From: an uncultured Candidatus Actinomarina sp.
GTDB lineage: Bacteria; Actinomycetota; Acidimicrobiia; Actinomarinales; Actinomarinaceae
NCBI GenBank assembly: GCA_902622665.1
Contig: CACNQV010000004.1
Location: 5,142-69,141 of the forward strand
Direction: 5' to 3'
Length of the DNA: 64,000 nt
This document shows, piece after piece, positions 22,443 to 32,627 of this stretch (position 1 is the first letter of the stretch; every line of letters starts with the position of its first letter). The position numbers and the translations under genes are program-made. The notes under the pieces were generated by a model, which made no database searches, was not told the origin of the DNA, and saw only the letters and a list, made by a program, of their open reading frames with translations.

Positions 22443-22776
22443 TTACGAAGAAAGAATGGCTGAAAAGTATAATTTTCTAAAGAAGGAAAATGTAAATCAG
22501 GAATCAGAAAAAAGTATATCTGAGGAAAAGCCAATAGATAATCAGAAACAAAATGTTGATATTCCAGAGGAAGGCAGCCTTCTTGTTCCCCTCGATGCTT
22601 GGAACACAGTCTTAAATCAATTAGGTAATTTACATGAAGCAAGTCAACAAATGGCTGAAGCACGTGAAAGAGCAGCAAAAGCAGAAGCAGAAGCTGATTT
22701 TCTCAGAGAAAAACTTAAAAATACTAGACAGCAATTAGACGAAGTAAAAAAGAAAAAGAGGTTTTTCTTTTTTTAA
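22435..22776 (+). CDS. hypothetical coiled-coil protein
   Basis: 113 aa with an Ala/Glu-rich helix (QQMAEARERAAKAEAEADFLREKLK). It overlaps the upstream gene by 8 nt. Its C-terminus KKKKRFFFF is encoded by an A/T hairpin. Confidence 0.4.
   Translation: MSSYEERMAEKYNFLKKENVNQESEKSISEEKPIDNQKQNVDIPEEGSLLVPLDAWNTVLNQLGNLHEASQQMAEARERAAKAEAEADFLREKLKNTRQQLDEVKKKKRFFFF
22746..22773. terminator. A/T-rich hairpin at a convergent gene junction (possible bidirectional terminator)
   Basis: 12-bp stem aaaaaagaaaaa / tttttctttttt with loop gagg. It lies exactly where the 3' ends of 22435..22776 (+) and 22773..23987 (-) meet. The stem is almost all A-U, so it is weak. Confidence 0.3.
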
Positions 22777-23987
22777 ATTACAGCTTTATCTGACACTCCA
22801 CTAATAATGTAATAAGAAATCGCGAGGAGAATTATTAAAGAACCCATTGCAACATTTCTACCTAATCCTAAACTATTAACAATAAGCCCCCATAGTATTG
22901 GACCAATAATTGTTGCAAACCTTCCCACTGTTGAATATAAACCATAGAACTCTCCTAGATGCTTTTCAGGAGAAAGTCGAGTCATAAATACTCTATCAAC
23001 AGCAAAGATTCCTCCAATATTAAAACCTCCAAGGACACCAGTGACATATATTAACCAAAGTTGATTAAATTCAGTTGCAATTATTGCTAGCGATAAAGAA
23101 AGAATCCAACAAAAAATACTAATTAAGATAAGCCTTCTTGGACCAAATTTATCTGCAGCTTTTCCAAAAATATAACCACCAATTATTGAAACAACTATAG
23201 CCAGAGCTAGGATACTTTGGCTATCAGCCGGAGTAAGTCCTACTTCCTCAACTAAGTAAACTGCTAATAAGCCACTAATTAGCGTATTTATTGCATCCGC
23301 ATAAAAAAACCTTCCAACTAAAAATCTTGTGAGGCCTTTATATTTTCTAGAGTGTTTCCAAGAGTTAATGACAACATTTAAAGAGTTCAAGATACTAATT
23401 TTTATTTTTTCTTTGGAAGTAAATTTTTCTTCAATAAATATAAAGGCTGGAAGTGAAAATATTAAGAACAAAAAAGCTACGGATTTAAATATTTCTTCAT
23501 AGCTGTACCCCATATTTTGCAATAAAGTAGCCACTCCAAACCCGATTAAAGAACCCGTATATCCAAAAGCAACTCCTAAACCAGAAATTTTCCCCCTATT
23601 TTCTTCATTACTAACAGAAACAAGCAATGCGTCATAGACTACTGAGCCTAAATTAAATCCAATTAATGAAAAAACGAATAATACAACTGATATTTCTACT
23701 GAGAATGTACCAAGTAAAAATGTAGAAACAATACAGATAAGGGTCATAAAAAGTAATATTTTCTTTTTACCCTGTGAACTATCTGATTTTCTACCAATCC
23801 ATGGTCCTAAAATAGCAACTATTATCATTGCTGTTGAAGTCGCTAAGCCTAATTGTTGGTCTGTCCAGCCCTTTTCACTTACTAACCATACTGAAAAATA
23901 CAAACCAGGAATAATGAATGCATAAACTGTATTTGCCAAATCAAAAAGAAGCCAAGAATACAGACTTTTTTTTGTTATATTATTCAT
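22773..23987 (-). CDS. MFS transporter, UMF1/Atg22-like family
   Basis: 404 aa with about 12 TM helices. N-terminal SWLLFDLANTVYAFIIPGLYF is typical of the UMF1 family. Confidence 0.75.
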   Translation of the reverse strand: MNNITKKSLYSWLLFDLANTVYAFIIPGLYFSVWLVSEKGWTDQQLGLATSTAMIIVAILGPWIGRKSDSSQGKKKILLFMTLICIVSTFLLGTFSVEISVVLFVFSLIGFNLGSVVYDALLVSVSNEENRGKISGLGVAFGYTGSLIGFGVATLLQNMGYSYEEIFKSVAFLFLIFSLPAFIFIEEKFTSKEKIKISILNSLNVVINSWKHSRKYKGLTRFLVGRFFYADAINTLISGLLAVYLVEEVGLTPADSQSILALAIVVSIIGGYIFGKAADKFGPRRLILISIFCWILSLSLAIIATEFNQLWLIYVTGVLGGFNIGGIFAVDRVFMTRLSPEKHLGEFYGLYSTVGRFATIIGPILWGLIVNSLGLGRNVAMGSLIILLAISYYIISGVSDKAVI

Positions 23988-25167
23988 TCAAATTATCAAT
24001 AGCTTCACTTAAACGACTCAATCCATTATCAAGATCTTCGTCGCTTAAAGCATATGATAATCTCATAAATCCTGGAGTTCCAAAAACTTCACCAGGTACA
24101 AATGCTATGTAATATTTTTCTAAGAGCCATTCACAGAATTCTTCAGAAGTATTTAGCCCATTCTCTCCAGAACAGTAATGACTAACATCAACAAATAAGT
24201 AGAAAGCACCTGTACTTTCTACAACACTAAGATTTGGAATACTTTTAATTTTTTCAGTTGCAAAAAGCCTTCTTCTATTAAATGCTGTTTTCATTTCGTT
24301 TGTAACTTCAAGCCCATTAAGTAGTGCTGATTCTGCAGCTAATTGTGATACATTAGATACATTTGAAGTTGCTTGTGATTGAATTTTTTTTCCGAGTCCT
24401 ATTACGTCTTTATTTCCAATTAACCAACCTACCCTCCACCCTGTCATTGAGTAGGATTTTGATACTCCATTGACAATAATTGTATTTTTTAATTCAGGAT
24501 CATATATGGCTGGTGATGGAGATGTCTCTCCTTCATAAACTAGGTGCTCGTAAAGCTCATCAGATAAAATCCATAAATCATTTTTGAATATCCAATCATA
24601 TATTTCTTCAGATTCCTCTTTGGTATAAACTACTCCTGTTGGGTTTGACGGGGAACACCAAACCAACATTTTTGTATTTTTATTTTTACTTTTTTCTAAT
24701 TGATCAACCGTAACTTTGAAATTGTTACTTTTTTCAGTTTCAATGAAAACAGGAGTACCACCTGCAATTTTCACTGCTTCTGGATAAGTTGTCCAATAAG
24801 GAGCAGGAATGATAACTTCGTCTCCGGTATCTAATGTTGACAAAAATGCTGTAAGTATTGATTGCTTTCCACCGTTCGAAACTATTATATTATCCGCGTT
24901 TATTTCAAAACCGGAGTATTCTTTAGTAGTTTTTGCTATCACTTCCCTTAATGATTCAAGCCCAGCTGCAGGAGAGTACTTGTGGTTTTTTGGATCAGCC
25001 GCTGCTTTAATAGCTGCATCTACTACATAATCTGGAGACGGGAAGTCTGGTTCACCAGCACCAAATCCAATTACAGGTTTACCTTGTGACTTCAGTTCTC
25101 TAGATTTGTTAGAAATAGCCATTGTTCCAGAAGGCTTGATTTTTTGATCTAATTTTGAAATATCCAT
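23980..25167 (-). CDS. aspartate/aromatic aminotransferase (class I PLP enzyme)
   Basis: GFGAGEPDF, CSPSNPTG and the PLP lysine context SKSYSMTGWRVGW. Confidence 0.88.
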   Translation of the reverse strand: MDISKLDQKIKPSGTMAISNKSRELKSQGKPVIGFGAGEPDFPSPDYVVDAAIKAAADPKNHKYSPAAGLESLREVIAKTTKEYSGFEINADNIIVSNGGKQSILTAFLSTLDTGDEVIIPAPYWTTYPEAVKIAGGTPVFIETEKSNNFKVTVDQLEKSKNKNTKMLVWCSPSNPTGVVYTKEESEEIYDWIFKNDLWILSDELYEHLVYEGETSPSPAIYDPELKNTIIVNGVSKSYSMTGWRVGWLIGNKDVIGLGKKIQSQATSNVSNVSQLAAESALLNGLEVTNEMKTAFNRRRLFATEKIKSIPNLSVVESTGAFYLFVDVSHYCSGENGLNTSEEFCEWLLEKYYIAFVPGEVFGTPGFMRLSYALSDEDLDNGLSRLSEAIDNLNE

Positions 25168-25235
25168 AATTACCTAATTGCTATTTTAATAAAGTTATCT
25201 AGTAAGTATGTTTCATAATTATTAAACTATTAAAA

Positions 25236-26075
25236 ATGGAACAAATATTATATGGCGCTCCTGTTGCTGAGCAACTTGATGAAATCAGTAAAAATGTGTT
25301 TCAGGAACATATTAAGGACAATAACAAGCCCCACTTGACGGCAATAACAGTTGGAGATAACCCAGCTTCTTTGCTGTACGTTTCACGCAAACAAGAAAAA
25401 GCAGTTGATCTTGGAGTTGAATTCAGTTGGTTAAAGCTGGACACTAATACTTCTCAGGAAATATTAGAAGAAGTTATTTCTAGGGAATCAAAAGTAACTG
25501 ATGGGTTGATAATTCAACTTCCACTACCAAATCACCTAAATCCAGAGGAAGCTATCAACTGCATTCCCTATGAAGTTGATGTAGATGGATTAACTTCTAA
25601 TAATCTGGGGGGCTTATTTTCTGATTCATATAAATTAATTCCAGCAACCTCTCTTGCAGTATTGGAATTATTAAATTTTTACAATATAAAAACGGAAGAT
25701 AAAAATATTGTCATTGCTGGAAGGTCAAGACTAGTATCAGCGCCCTTAGCAAAAATTTTATCCTCAAAAAGCTACAATGCAAATGTTTCAGTAATTCATA
25801 GTAAGACAACTAATCAAAAACTATTTACAAAAGAAGCAGATATTTTTATCTCAGCAATAGGTTCTGCAAAAATGTATGATCATACCTTCTTTAAAAATGG
25901 AGCAACGATTATTGATATTGGGATATCTTCAGTTGATGGTAAAACATATGGAGATATAGATACTGCTCAAATCGGAAAGGTAGTTAGTTCAAGAGCACCA
26001 TTTCCAGGTGGGGTTGGACCAATTACAGTGTCTGCTTTATTTTTTAATCTTTCAAGATTAATTCAATCTAACTAG
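25236..26075 (+). CDS. folD: bifunctional methylenetetrahydrofolate dehydrogenase/cyclohydrolase
   Basis: LTAITVGDNPASLLYVSRK, LIIQLPLP, VIAGRSRLVSAPLA and PGGVGPITV. Confidence 0.9.
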   Translation: MEQILYGAPVAEQLDEISKNVFQEHIKDNNKPHLTAITVGDNPASLLYVSRKQEKAVDLGVEFSWLKLDTNTSQEILEEVISRESKVTDGLIIQLPLPNHLNPEEAINCIPYEVDVDGLTSNNLGGLFSDSYKLIPATSLAVLELLNFYNIKTEDKNIVIAGRSRLVSAPLAKILSSKSYNANVSVIHSKTTNQKLFTKEADIFISAIGSAKMYDHTFFKNGATIIDIGISSVDGKTYGDIDTAQIGKVVSSRAPFPGGVGPITVSALFFNLSRLIQSN

Positions 26076-27372
26076 CAGCCCACTCTTCTTCGCTAATCCT
26101 CTTTTCCATATCAACAGTTCTTAACAGGAGAGCACCAATCAAGAAAAAGGATGTTATAACTGGAAGAGAAAGCCTCGGATTTCCAGTAGAGGCACTAACG
26201 TAAGCATAGATTAGTGGCCCCCATATTGCTGAAAATCTAGATAGTACTGAGAAGAAACCCATAAACTCTCCCTCTGCACCTTTTGGCAACATAGCTGCAT
26301 AAACACTTCTACTAACTGACTGAAGACCGCCCATACCCATTGCTGTAATTATTCCCATTACAACAACTGGAATTAATTGTTTTTCTGGTACAAAATATGC
26401 TGCATTACCAACAAGGAAAAGCAAGAACATTGTGTAATAAAGTACATTTTTTTGACCTATCTTAGTTGCTAAATTGCCAGCAAGTTTTGCTCCAAAATAA
26501 GCAACAAATTGAACTACCAAGAATACGATTAAAACTTGAGTCTGGTCAAGAAGTAAAACTTCAGTAAAAAATGCAGCAGACATATTTATTAATGTTTGCA
26601 ATCCATCCCAAAAGAATATGTATGCTACTAAGAAATAAAGTAAAAATGGAAATTTTCTAATCTTTTTCAAAGTTCTAAAATTTCTACTGTAAGCATTTGC
26701 TATAGAAGTTTTTTGGTTTTCTGATTTTGTTTCAACAATACTCATACGGGAAAAACTAAATATAGAAAATATTAACCACCACAGTCCAGCTAATGAGATT
26801 GCAATTCTAGATGCCAAAGCAGCATCAATTCCCAGTAGGTCTGGTCCCAGTAAAATTATGACAAATGATAATACTAGCTGCGTACCACCACCCAAATAAC
26901 CTAATGCATAACCTCTTGCAGATACAGCATCAATTGTGTCATCAGTAGTAATATCTTTCAGAACACTATCGTAAAAAACATTTGATCCTGTTGCACCAAA
27001 CTGCGCTAAGAAGTAAATAAATAATGTAAATATAACATCACCTGAGGTTGCAAAATAAAATGAAGACGCAAACACTGCTCCGCCGTAGGCAAAAATTTTA
27101 AAAAATTTCATTCTATTGCCGGACATATCTGCGATAGCACCAATTGTTGGCATTATGAGAAAAAAGATAAATAGTGCAGATCCAATTGCAAAACCCCAAA
27201 CTTCTGCGCCTGTATACACGTTACCTCTAAAGACAAAACCCTCTTCAGGAACAACAACACTAACAAAGTAAACCGGTAAAACTGCACCAAGAGTTGTTGT
27301 TTCATAAGCTGATTTAGCCCAGTCATACATCGACCAGCCAAAAATAGTTCGTTTGTTATTTTTTTCGTTCAT
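26068..27372 (-). CDS. MFS transporter, UMF1/Atg22-like family (paralog of 22773..23987)
   Basis: 434 aa with FGWSMYDWAKSAYETT at the N-terminus and about 12 TM helices. Good SD (GGGGGA) upstream. Confidence 0.78.
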   Translation of the reverse strand: MNEKNNKRTIFGWSMYDWAKSAYETTTLGAVLPVYFVSVVVPEEGFVFRGNVYTGAEVWGFAIGSALFIFFLIMPTIGAIADMSGNRMKFFKIFAYGGAVFASSFYFATSGDVIFTLFIYFLAQFGATGSNVFYDSVLKDITTDDTIDAVSARGYALGYLGGGTQLVLSFVIILLGPDLLGIDAALASRIAISLAGLWWLIFSIFSFSRMSIVETKSENQKTSIANAYSRNFRTLKKIRKFPFLLYFLVAYIFFWDGLQTLINMSAAFFTEVLLLDQTQVLIVFLVVQFVAYFGAKLAGNLATKIGQKNVLYYTMFLLFLVGNAAYFVPEKQLIPVVVMGIITAMGMGGLQSVSRSVYAAMLPKGAEGEFMGFFSVLSRFSAIWGPLIYAYVSASTGNPRLSLPVITSFFLIGALLLRTVDMEKRISEEEWAAS

Positions 27373-27536
27373 ATTCCCCCATATATAAAACTTTAATCAA
27401 AAATATTGAATGATGAGGTTTAGAAACGTAAATTTAATAAATATACACACTATATTGAATATGTCTTTAAATTATTAGATGTACTTGTTTGTATGTATAT
27501 TAAAAAATAAGCATTTCAAAAAAAGGATAAGATTAA

Positions 27537-28628
27537 ATGGGGTTTAAGTGCGGGATAGTTGGCTTACCTAATGTAGGGAAGTCTACATTATTTAATGCAT
27601 TGACACAGGCTGGAATTGAGTCTGCAAATTACCCTTTTTGTACAATTGAACCAAATATTGGTGTTGTTCCAGTTAATGATTCTCGTTTAGGCCAATTATC
27701 AAAAATTGTAAACCCAAAAGAGATTATTCCTACTTCAATGGAGTTTGTTGATATAGCAGGGCTAGTTGAAGGAGCTTCTAAAGGAGAGGGATTAGGTAAT
27801 CAGTTTTTAAGCAATATAAGAGAAACCGATGCAATTGTGCACGTTGTTCGTGCCTTTGAAAATAAAGATATTGTACATGTTTCAGGAAAAGTTTCACCTA
27901 AAGATGATATTGAGATTGTAAATACAGAATTAGTTCTTGCGGATTTAAGTTCGGTTGAAAATCTTTATCAAAAAGCTATTAAAGGTGCAAAAGCAGGTCG
28001 AAAAGAGGGTATACCATTAAAAGATTTGTTTGAAAAAATTCTACCAATTCTTGAGGAGGGTAGAACACTGAGAACAGTGCCTTTTAATGAAGAAGAATTA
28101 AAGTTACTAAAAGGTTTTCAACTTCTTACGATTAAACCTGTTTTGTATGTTGCAAATGTTAATGAAGATGGGTTAGAGAGCAATCCATATTTAAATCAAA
28201 TTTATAATATTGCAACTGAAGAAGGTTCTGAGGTAGTTCCTATCTGTGCTGAATTAGAAGCTGAAATTTCTAGCTTAACAAATGATGAAAAAATTGAATT
28301 TCTTAAAGACCTAGGACTTGAAGAATCTGGTCTTGATAGATTGTGTAGAGCAGGATATAAACTGCTTGGATTGCAAACTTTCTTTACTGCTGGAGAAAAA
28401 GAAGTACGTGCTTGGACAATTAATATTGGGGATACTGCACCAAAAGCAGCAGGAAAAATACATACTGATTTTGAAAGAGGATTTATTAGAGCAGAAACAA
28501 TTACTTTTAAAGATTATATTCAAAATAATGGTGAAAAAGGGTCAAAAGAAGTAGGAAAGCTAAGATCTGAAGGTAAAGAATATATTGTTCAAGATGGTGA
28601 TGTTATCCACTTCTTATTTAGTGTTTAG
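27537..28628 (+). CDS. ychF: redox-regulated ATPase YchF
   Basis: [24 protein letters not shown], and the C-terminal TGS/YchF domain (RAWTI..., FIRAE). Confidence 0.95.
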   Translation: MGFKCGIVGLPNVGKSTLFNALTQAGIESANYPFCTIEPNIGVVPVNDSRLGQLSKIVNPKEIIPTSMEFVDIAGLVEGASKGEGLGNQFLSNIRETDAIVHVVRAFENKDIVHVSGKVSPKDDIEIVNTELVLADLSSVENLYQKAIKGAKAGRKEGIPLKDLFEKILPILEEGRTLRTVPFNEEELKLLKGFQLLTIKPVLYVANVNEDGLESNPYLNQIYNIATEEGSEVVPICAELEAEISSLTNDEKIEFLKDLGLEESGLDRLCRAGYKLLGLQTFFTAGEKEVRAWTINIGDTAPKAAGKIHTDFERGFIRAETITFKDYIQNNGEKGSKEVGKLRSEGKEYIVQDGDVIHFLFSV

Positions 28629-28720
28629 ACTTTAATAACTCTAAATTTATAGTTATTTATTTAAATAAAGTTTACAAAGAACTTCTTTAACTAAAATGAA
28701 AACATAGGATAATAAAACTC

Positions 28721-30124
28721 GTGAAAGTAATAATTGTAGGTGCACACGGAGAGGCAAAAGAGCTAATTAACCGAATTAGTTCTGGGTGGTCTATTTCTAT
28801 TATTGATTTAGACCAGGATAAATTAAGAAATTTCAGTACAAATAGGCAAATAGAAAAAATACAAGGTGATGCAACTTCATCTTTAGTTTTAAAAAAAGCG
28901 GGTTTAGATAGCACCACTGCTGTAATAACACTTACTTTAAATGATGAGGTAAATCTAGAAGTATTAAAAATTGCAAGGGAAAATGATATTTTTAGATTAT
29001 CTTCAGTAGTAAATGAATCTTCAAATACCGAGAATTACAAAAATCTTGGAGCAGACGTGGTTGAGCCCGATATTCTTCTTGCAAGAAGATTTGAACACAT
29101 TTTAGAACCAAGAAGGGTTGTTTCTCAAGCTTTTGCCGGAGGCAGAGCTGAGGCAATAGAGATTGAGATATCATCCGACAGCCCTGTAAGAGGCAAGAAA
29201 TTAAGAGAAATTGGATCTGATTATTACATTGTTGGAGCTTTATTAAGGCAAGGTAAAGTGATTATTCCTCATGGCGATACTGCAATCGAGACAGGAGATC
29301 TTGTCACTATCGTTTTACAGTCAGGTGCATTCTCCAATGTGATTAATTTATTTTCAGGTTCGGAATCACGATATCCTTTGGAATATGGAAAAAATATTCT
29401 TGTAATTCTAGAAAATAAAGATAATCTAAAAAATTTATCTGAATCAGAATTTTATACCAGAAACACTAAAGCAGACTCTTTAATGGTGCTAACTAAAGAA
29501 GATTTATTCGATAACAATCTTGAGTCAACAGATGAAACTTTTAAAGCTATTTTGAAAGATCAAGAGTTTGAAATGAATTTAAAAAGTAAAATCTCTAATA
29601 AAGATATCGAAAACATAGTTACTGAAGGTTCTATTGGAACTATTTTTCATCCAGTTGAGGAAGGTATATCTAAAGCAAAAATTAAATCGTTGATCAATAT
29701 ATCTAATAAAACTAAAACTCCTGTTCTTTTTTCAAAGTCAACATATCCCTACAAAACGATTGGGATATTGGTTAATAATAATTTTGGGGAAAGCACTTCA
29801 AATTCGATAGCTTTTGATTTAGCTTCTTCATTATCTGCCTCTTTGGTTGCAGTAAATATAACACAACCAAAATTTTTACAATCTGAAGATACAGCACATA
29901 TTTCTGATTCATTAGAAAAAATGCAGGACTTAGCTTTGTCCTATGAAGTTCAACTAGACTTTGAGAATCATGAGGGGAATGAAGCTAAAATCTTTTCTGA
30001 ACTTTCTTCTAAGTTTGATCTTTCAATAATTGGAAATAGTAAAAACCAATCATGGCAGAGTAGAAAAACAACAGAATTTATTTCTAATAATTCAAAATCT
30101 TCTGTTTTATACATACCAAGTTAA
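28721..30124 (+). CDS. RCK (TrkA-N + TrkA-C) domain protein fused to a tandem USP-like C-terminal region
   Basis: 467 aa. N-terminal MKVIIVGAHGEAKEL is Rossmann-like with a degenerate glycine motif. The RCK_C-like segment is EIEISSDSPVRGKKLREIG...GDLVTIV. The C-terminal ~230 aa resemble universal-stress-protein folds. GTG start. Confidence 0.65.
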   Translation: MKVIIVGAHGEAKELINRISSGWSISIIDLDQDKLRNFSTNRQIEKIQGDATSSLVLKKAGLDSTTAVITLTLNDEVNLEVLKIARENDIFRLSSVVNESSNTENYKNLGADVVEPDILLARRFEHILEPRRVVSQAFAGGRAEAIEIEISSDSPVRGKKLREIGSDYYIVGALLRQGKVIIPHGDTAIETGDLVTIVLQSGAFSNVINLFSGSESRYPLEYGKNILVILENKDNLKNLSESEFYTRNTKADSLMVLTKEDLFDNNLESTDETFKAILKDQEFEMNLKSKISNKDIENIVTEGSIGTIFHPVEEGISKAKIKSLINISNKTKTPVLFSKSTYPYKTIGILVNNNFGESTSNSIAFDLASSLSASLVAVNITQPKFLQSEDTAHISDSLEKMQDLALSYEVQLDFENHEGNEAKIFSELSSKFDLSIIGNSKNQSWQSRKTTEFISNNSKSSVLYIPS

Positions 30125-30127
30125 TTT

Positions 30128-31276
30128 ATGGAAGAATTTGAAGCAGTATCGCTCGTAATTATATCCTTAGGTGCATTTATATTGCCACTTGTAGGTCAAA
30201 GAATTAAGATACCAGGAATTGTACTTGAGATAGCTTATGGGATTACAGTAGGACCAGTTTTAGGATGGGTTGATTCGTCAGAATTCATTTCCGGGTTAGC
30301 GATACTTGGCTTTTTACTTTTAATGTTCTTGTCAGGGTTTGAAATTGAGTTAGACACTTTCCGAGAAAAAGGTTTAAAAACTCTGGCACTCCCGATGTCA
30401 ATCTATCTCTTAACTGTGATAACTTCTTTTTATTTGATTGCTACATTGGGATATCCAATTTTCCTGGCTTTAGTTTTGTGCACAACAAGTGTTGATATAG
30501 TAATAACTATCTTACGAAGTGATGGAACGATTAAAACAAAATACGGACAGACTTTATTTATGGTTGCTTTACTTGCAGATATATTGACGTTATTGGCAGC
30601 TACTGTTTATGCATCTTTTATAAATGCTGGAGGATTGTCTATTTCAAATCTTAATGTTGTACTTTATTTCGTAGTAGTAATTATGTTATTAAGAATTATT
30701 AGAAGAGTTGCTTGGTGGAATCCACAATTATTTTCAAGAATGTTTGATGGAAATGATCCTGATGAACTGGGAATAAGAAGTTCCATAGCACTTATGTTGG
30801 TACTTGTTGGAGTTTCAGTATTTTTTGATATAGAACCAATACTTGGTGCATTCTTAGCGGGTACAATTTTTGCTTTTACATTTTCAAATAGGGGAACTTT
30901 AGAAAGTAGCTTAAAAGGATTTTCTTACGGGTTTTTAATACCAATCTTTTTTATAAACATTGGATTAAATTATGATATTAGTGTTTTTTCTGAGACACAG
31001 TTTTTTGTTGACGTAGGGTATCTATTCTTGATTGCGGTTGGAGTAAAATTTATCCCATCACTACTTCTAGTTTTCTCAAAGATTAAATTCAGAGATATGC
31101 TTGCAGGTGGCTTTTTACTTTCTGCAAGATTTAGTCTTATTATTGCAATGGCAGAAATAGGAGTTCATCTAGATTTGATTACAAAAGAGTTGGAGCAACA
31201 AATAATTCTTTTAGCAGTAATCACAGCAACCTTTTCGCCAATTTTATTTAGATTAGTAAGAACTCAAACAAAATAG
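30128..31276 (+). CDS. cation:proton antiporter (CPA2/Kef-type membrane domain)
   Basis: 382 aa, polytopic. LEIAYGITVGPVLG and LLLMFLSGFEIE are typical of Na+/H+ exchanger family helices. Confidence 0.75.
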   Translation: MEEFEAVSLVIISLGAFILPLVGQRIKIPGIVLEIAYGITVGPVLGWVDSSEFISGLAILGFLLLMFLSGFEIELDTFREKGLKTLALPMSIYLLTVITSFYLIATLGYPIFLALVLCTTSVDIVITILRSDGTIKTKYGQTLFMVALLADILTLLAATVYASFINAGGLSISNLNVVLYFVVVIMLLRIIRRVAWWNPQLFSRMFDGNDPDELGIRSSIALMLVLVGVSVFFDIEPILGAFLAGTIFAFTFSNRGTLESSLKGFSYGFLIPIFFINIGLNYDISVFSETQFFVDVGYLFLIAVGVKFIPSLLLVFSKIKFRDMLAGGFLLSARFSLIIAMAEIGVHLDLITKELEQQIILLAVITATFSPILFRLVRTQTK

Positions 31277-31279
31277 TAT

Positions 31280-32182
31280 ATGAAAATTAAACCTGATTTA
31301 TATTTAAAAGGTGTCTTTATGGGTATTGCTGAAATCATCCCTGGAGTTTCTGGTGGAACAATAGCTTTTATAACAGGTATTTACGAAGAATTGATAGATT
31401 CAATAAAATCAGTCAATTCACGTTCATTGAAATTACTTTTAACATTAAAATTTTCATCATTTTGGAAAGAAATAAACGGATCTTTTTTAATAACTTTAAT
31501 TTTAGGAATGTTGACGTCAATTTTGGTTCTTTCAAGATTTATTGTGTATTTAATCGATGTTCATCCTTTTAAAATTTGGGGATTCTTTTTTGGCTTAATA
31601 ATTGCTTCTAGCATATTAATTTTTTATCAAATTCAAAAATTAAGTATTACAGTATTTCTCTCATTTGTAATAGGACTCTCTATTTCATCTTATATCGCTC
31701 TTCAAGCTCCTTCGTCTACTCCAAACACAAATTTCTTTATATTTATATCTGGCGCAATTGCAATTTCTGCGATGATTCTTCCGGGAATAAGTGGTTCATT
31801 TATTCTTGTATTTTTATCAAAATATGAATTTATATTAAAAGCTTTAAATAGTTTTGATACTGCAGTTATATCTATATTTTTAGTAGGTTGCATAGTTGGT
31901 CTAGTTACATTTAGTAGAGTTTTCTCGTACCTTTTTAAAAAATATAATGATGTTGTAATTAGTGTTCTTATTGGTTTTCTTTTTGGCTCATTATTTAAAA
32001 TTTGGCCTTTTTATAAAGTTTTAGAGTATAACTCAGCTAACGAACCTATATATACATCTCCAATTTTACCAACAGCTAACCAAAGTAATGATTTGGTATT
32101 CTTTTTTACATTTGGAGTAATTGGATTCGTTAGTATGTGGGTATTAGAAAAGAAATTTATAGGTTTAAATAAAGAAATTTAG
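31280..32182 (+). CDS. DUF368-family membrane protein (family linked to undecaprenyl-phosphate recycling)
   Basis: GIAEIIPGVSGGTIAFITGIYE plus a second ILPGISGSFILVFL repeat are the DUF368 signature. Confidence 0.75.
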   Translation: MKIKPDLYLKGVFMGIAEIIPGVSGGTIAFITGIYEELIDSIKSVNSRSLKLLLTLKFSSFWKEINGSFLITLILGMLTSILVLSRFIVYLIDVHPFKIWGFFFGLIIASSILIFYQIQKLSITVFLSFVIGLSISSYIALQAPSSTPNTNFFIFISGAIAISAMILPGISGSFILVFLSKYEFILKALNSFDTAVISIFLVGCIVGLVTFSRVFSYLFKKYNDVVISVLIGFLFGSLFKIWPFYKVLEYNSANEPIYTSPILPTANQSNDLVFFFTFGVIGFVSMWVLEKKFIGLNKEI

Positions 32183-32199
32183 ACTATTAAAATGATCTT

Positions 32200-32337
32200 A
32201 TGAGATTAGGATTACCAGAACTTTTAATAATTTTAACAATATTGCTTCTACTTTTCGGAGCAAAAAGGCTTCCGGGCTTAGCTAAATCATTAGGAAAATC
32301 TACAAAAGAATTCAAATCTGCACTTGAAGAAGAATAA
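32200..32337 (+). CDS. tatA: twin-arginine translocase subunit TatA/E
   Basis: A 45-aa ORF absent from the supplied track: MRLGLPELLIILTILLLLFGAKRLPGLAKSLGKSTKEFKSALEEE. It has the TatA architecture of an N-terminal TM helix, the FGxKRLP hinge and an amphipathic helix. Confidence 0.85.
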   Translation: MRLGLPELLIILTILLLLFGAKRLPGLAKSLGKSTKEFKSALEEE

Positions 32338-32339
32338 AA

Positions 32340-32627
32340 ATGAAAAAAGTTTCCTTATTGTTTCTTTTTTTATTTGTTGCATGTGGAGCTCAAGAGACTA
32401 CTGAACTTACCACTGGTAAAGAAATTTATACTGCAAGATGCGCAGCATGCCACCAAGCTGATTTTTCAGGTAGAGCTGGTCCCAGTCTAAAAACGGCAAG
32501 AGTTTTAGGTATGCCTGATTCATATTGGCTTCAAACTATTTTGAATGGTAAAGGATCTATGCCAGCAGTAAGGATTACAGAAGAACAAGCACAGCTAGTT
32601 ATAGATTATGTTAGGGAAAGTAATTAG
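32340..32627 (+). CDS. class I c-type cytochrome, lipoprotein
   Basis: Signal peptide plus lipobox LFVACGA, heme-binding CAACHQ and a distal Met (GKGSMPA). Confidence 0.8.
   Translation: MKKVSLLFLFLFVACGAQETTELTTGKEIYTARCAACHQADFSGRAGPSLKTARVLGMPDSYWLQTILNGKGSMPAVRITEEQAQLVIDYVRESN

Noticed and set aside
27403-27460. Direct 9-mer repeat atattgaat (27403-27411 and 27452-27460) in the MFS/ychF intergenic region
   Set aside because: It is short and entirely A/T-rich in an AT-rich spacer, so a chance occurrence is plausible. There is no dyad symmetry and no associated regulator.
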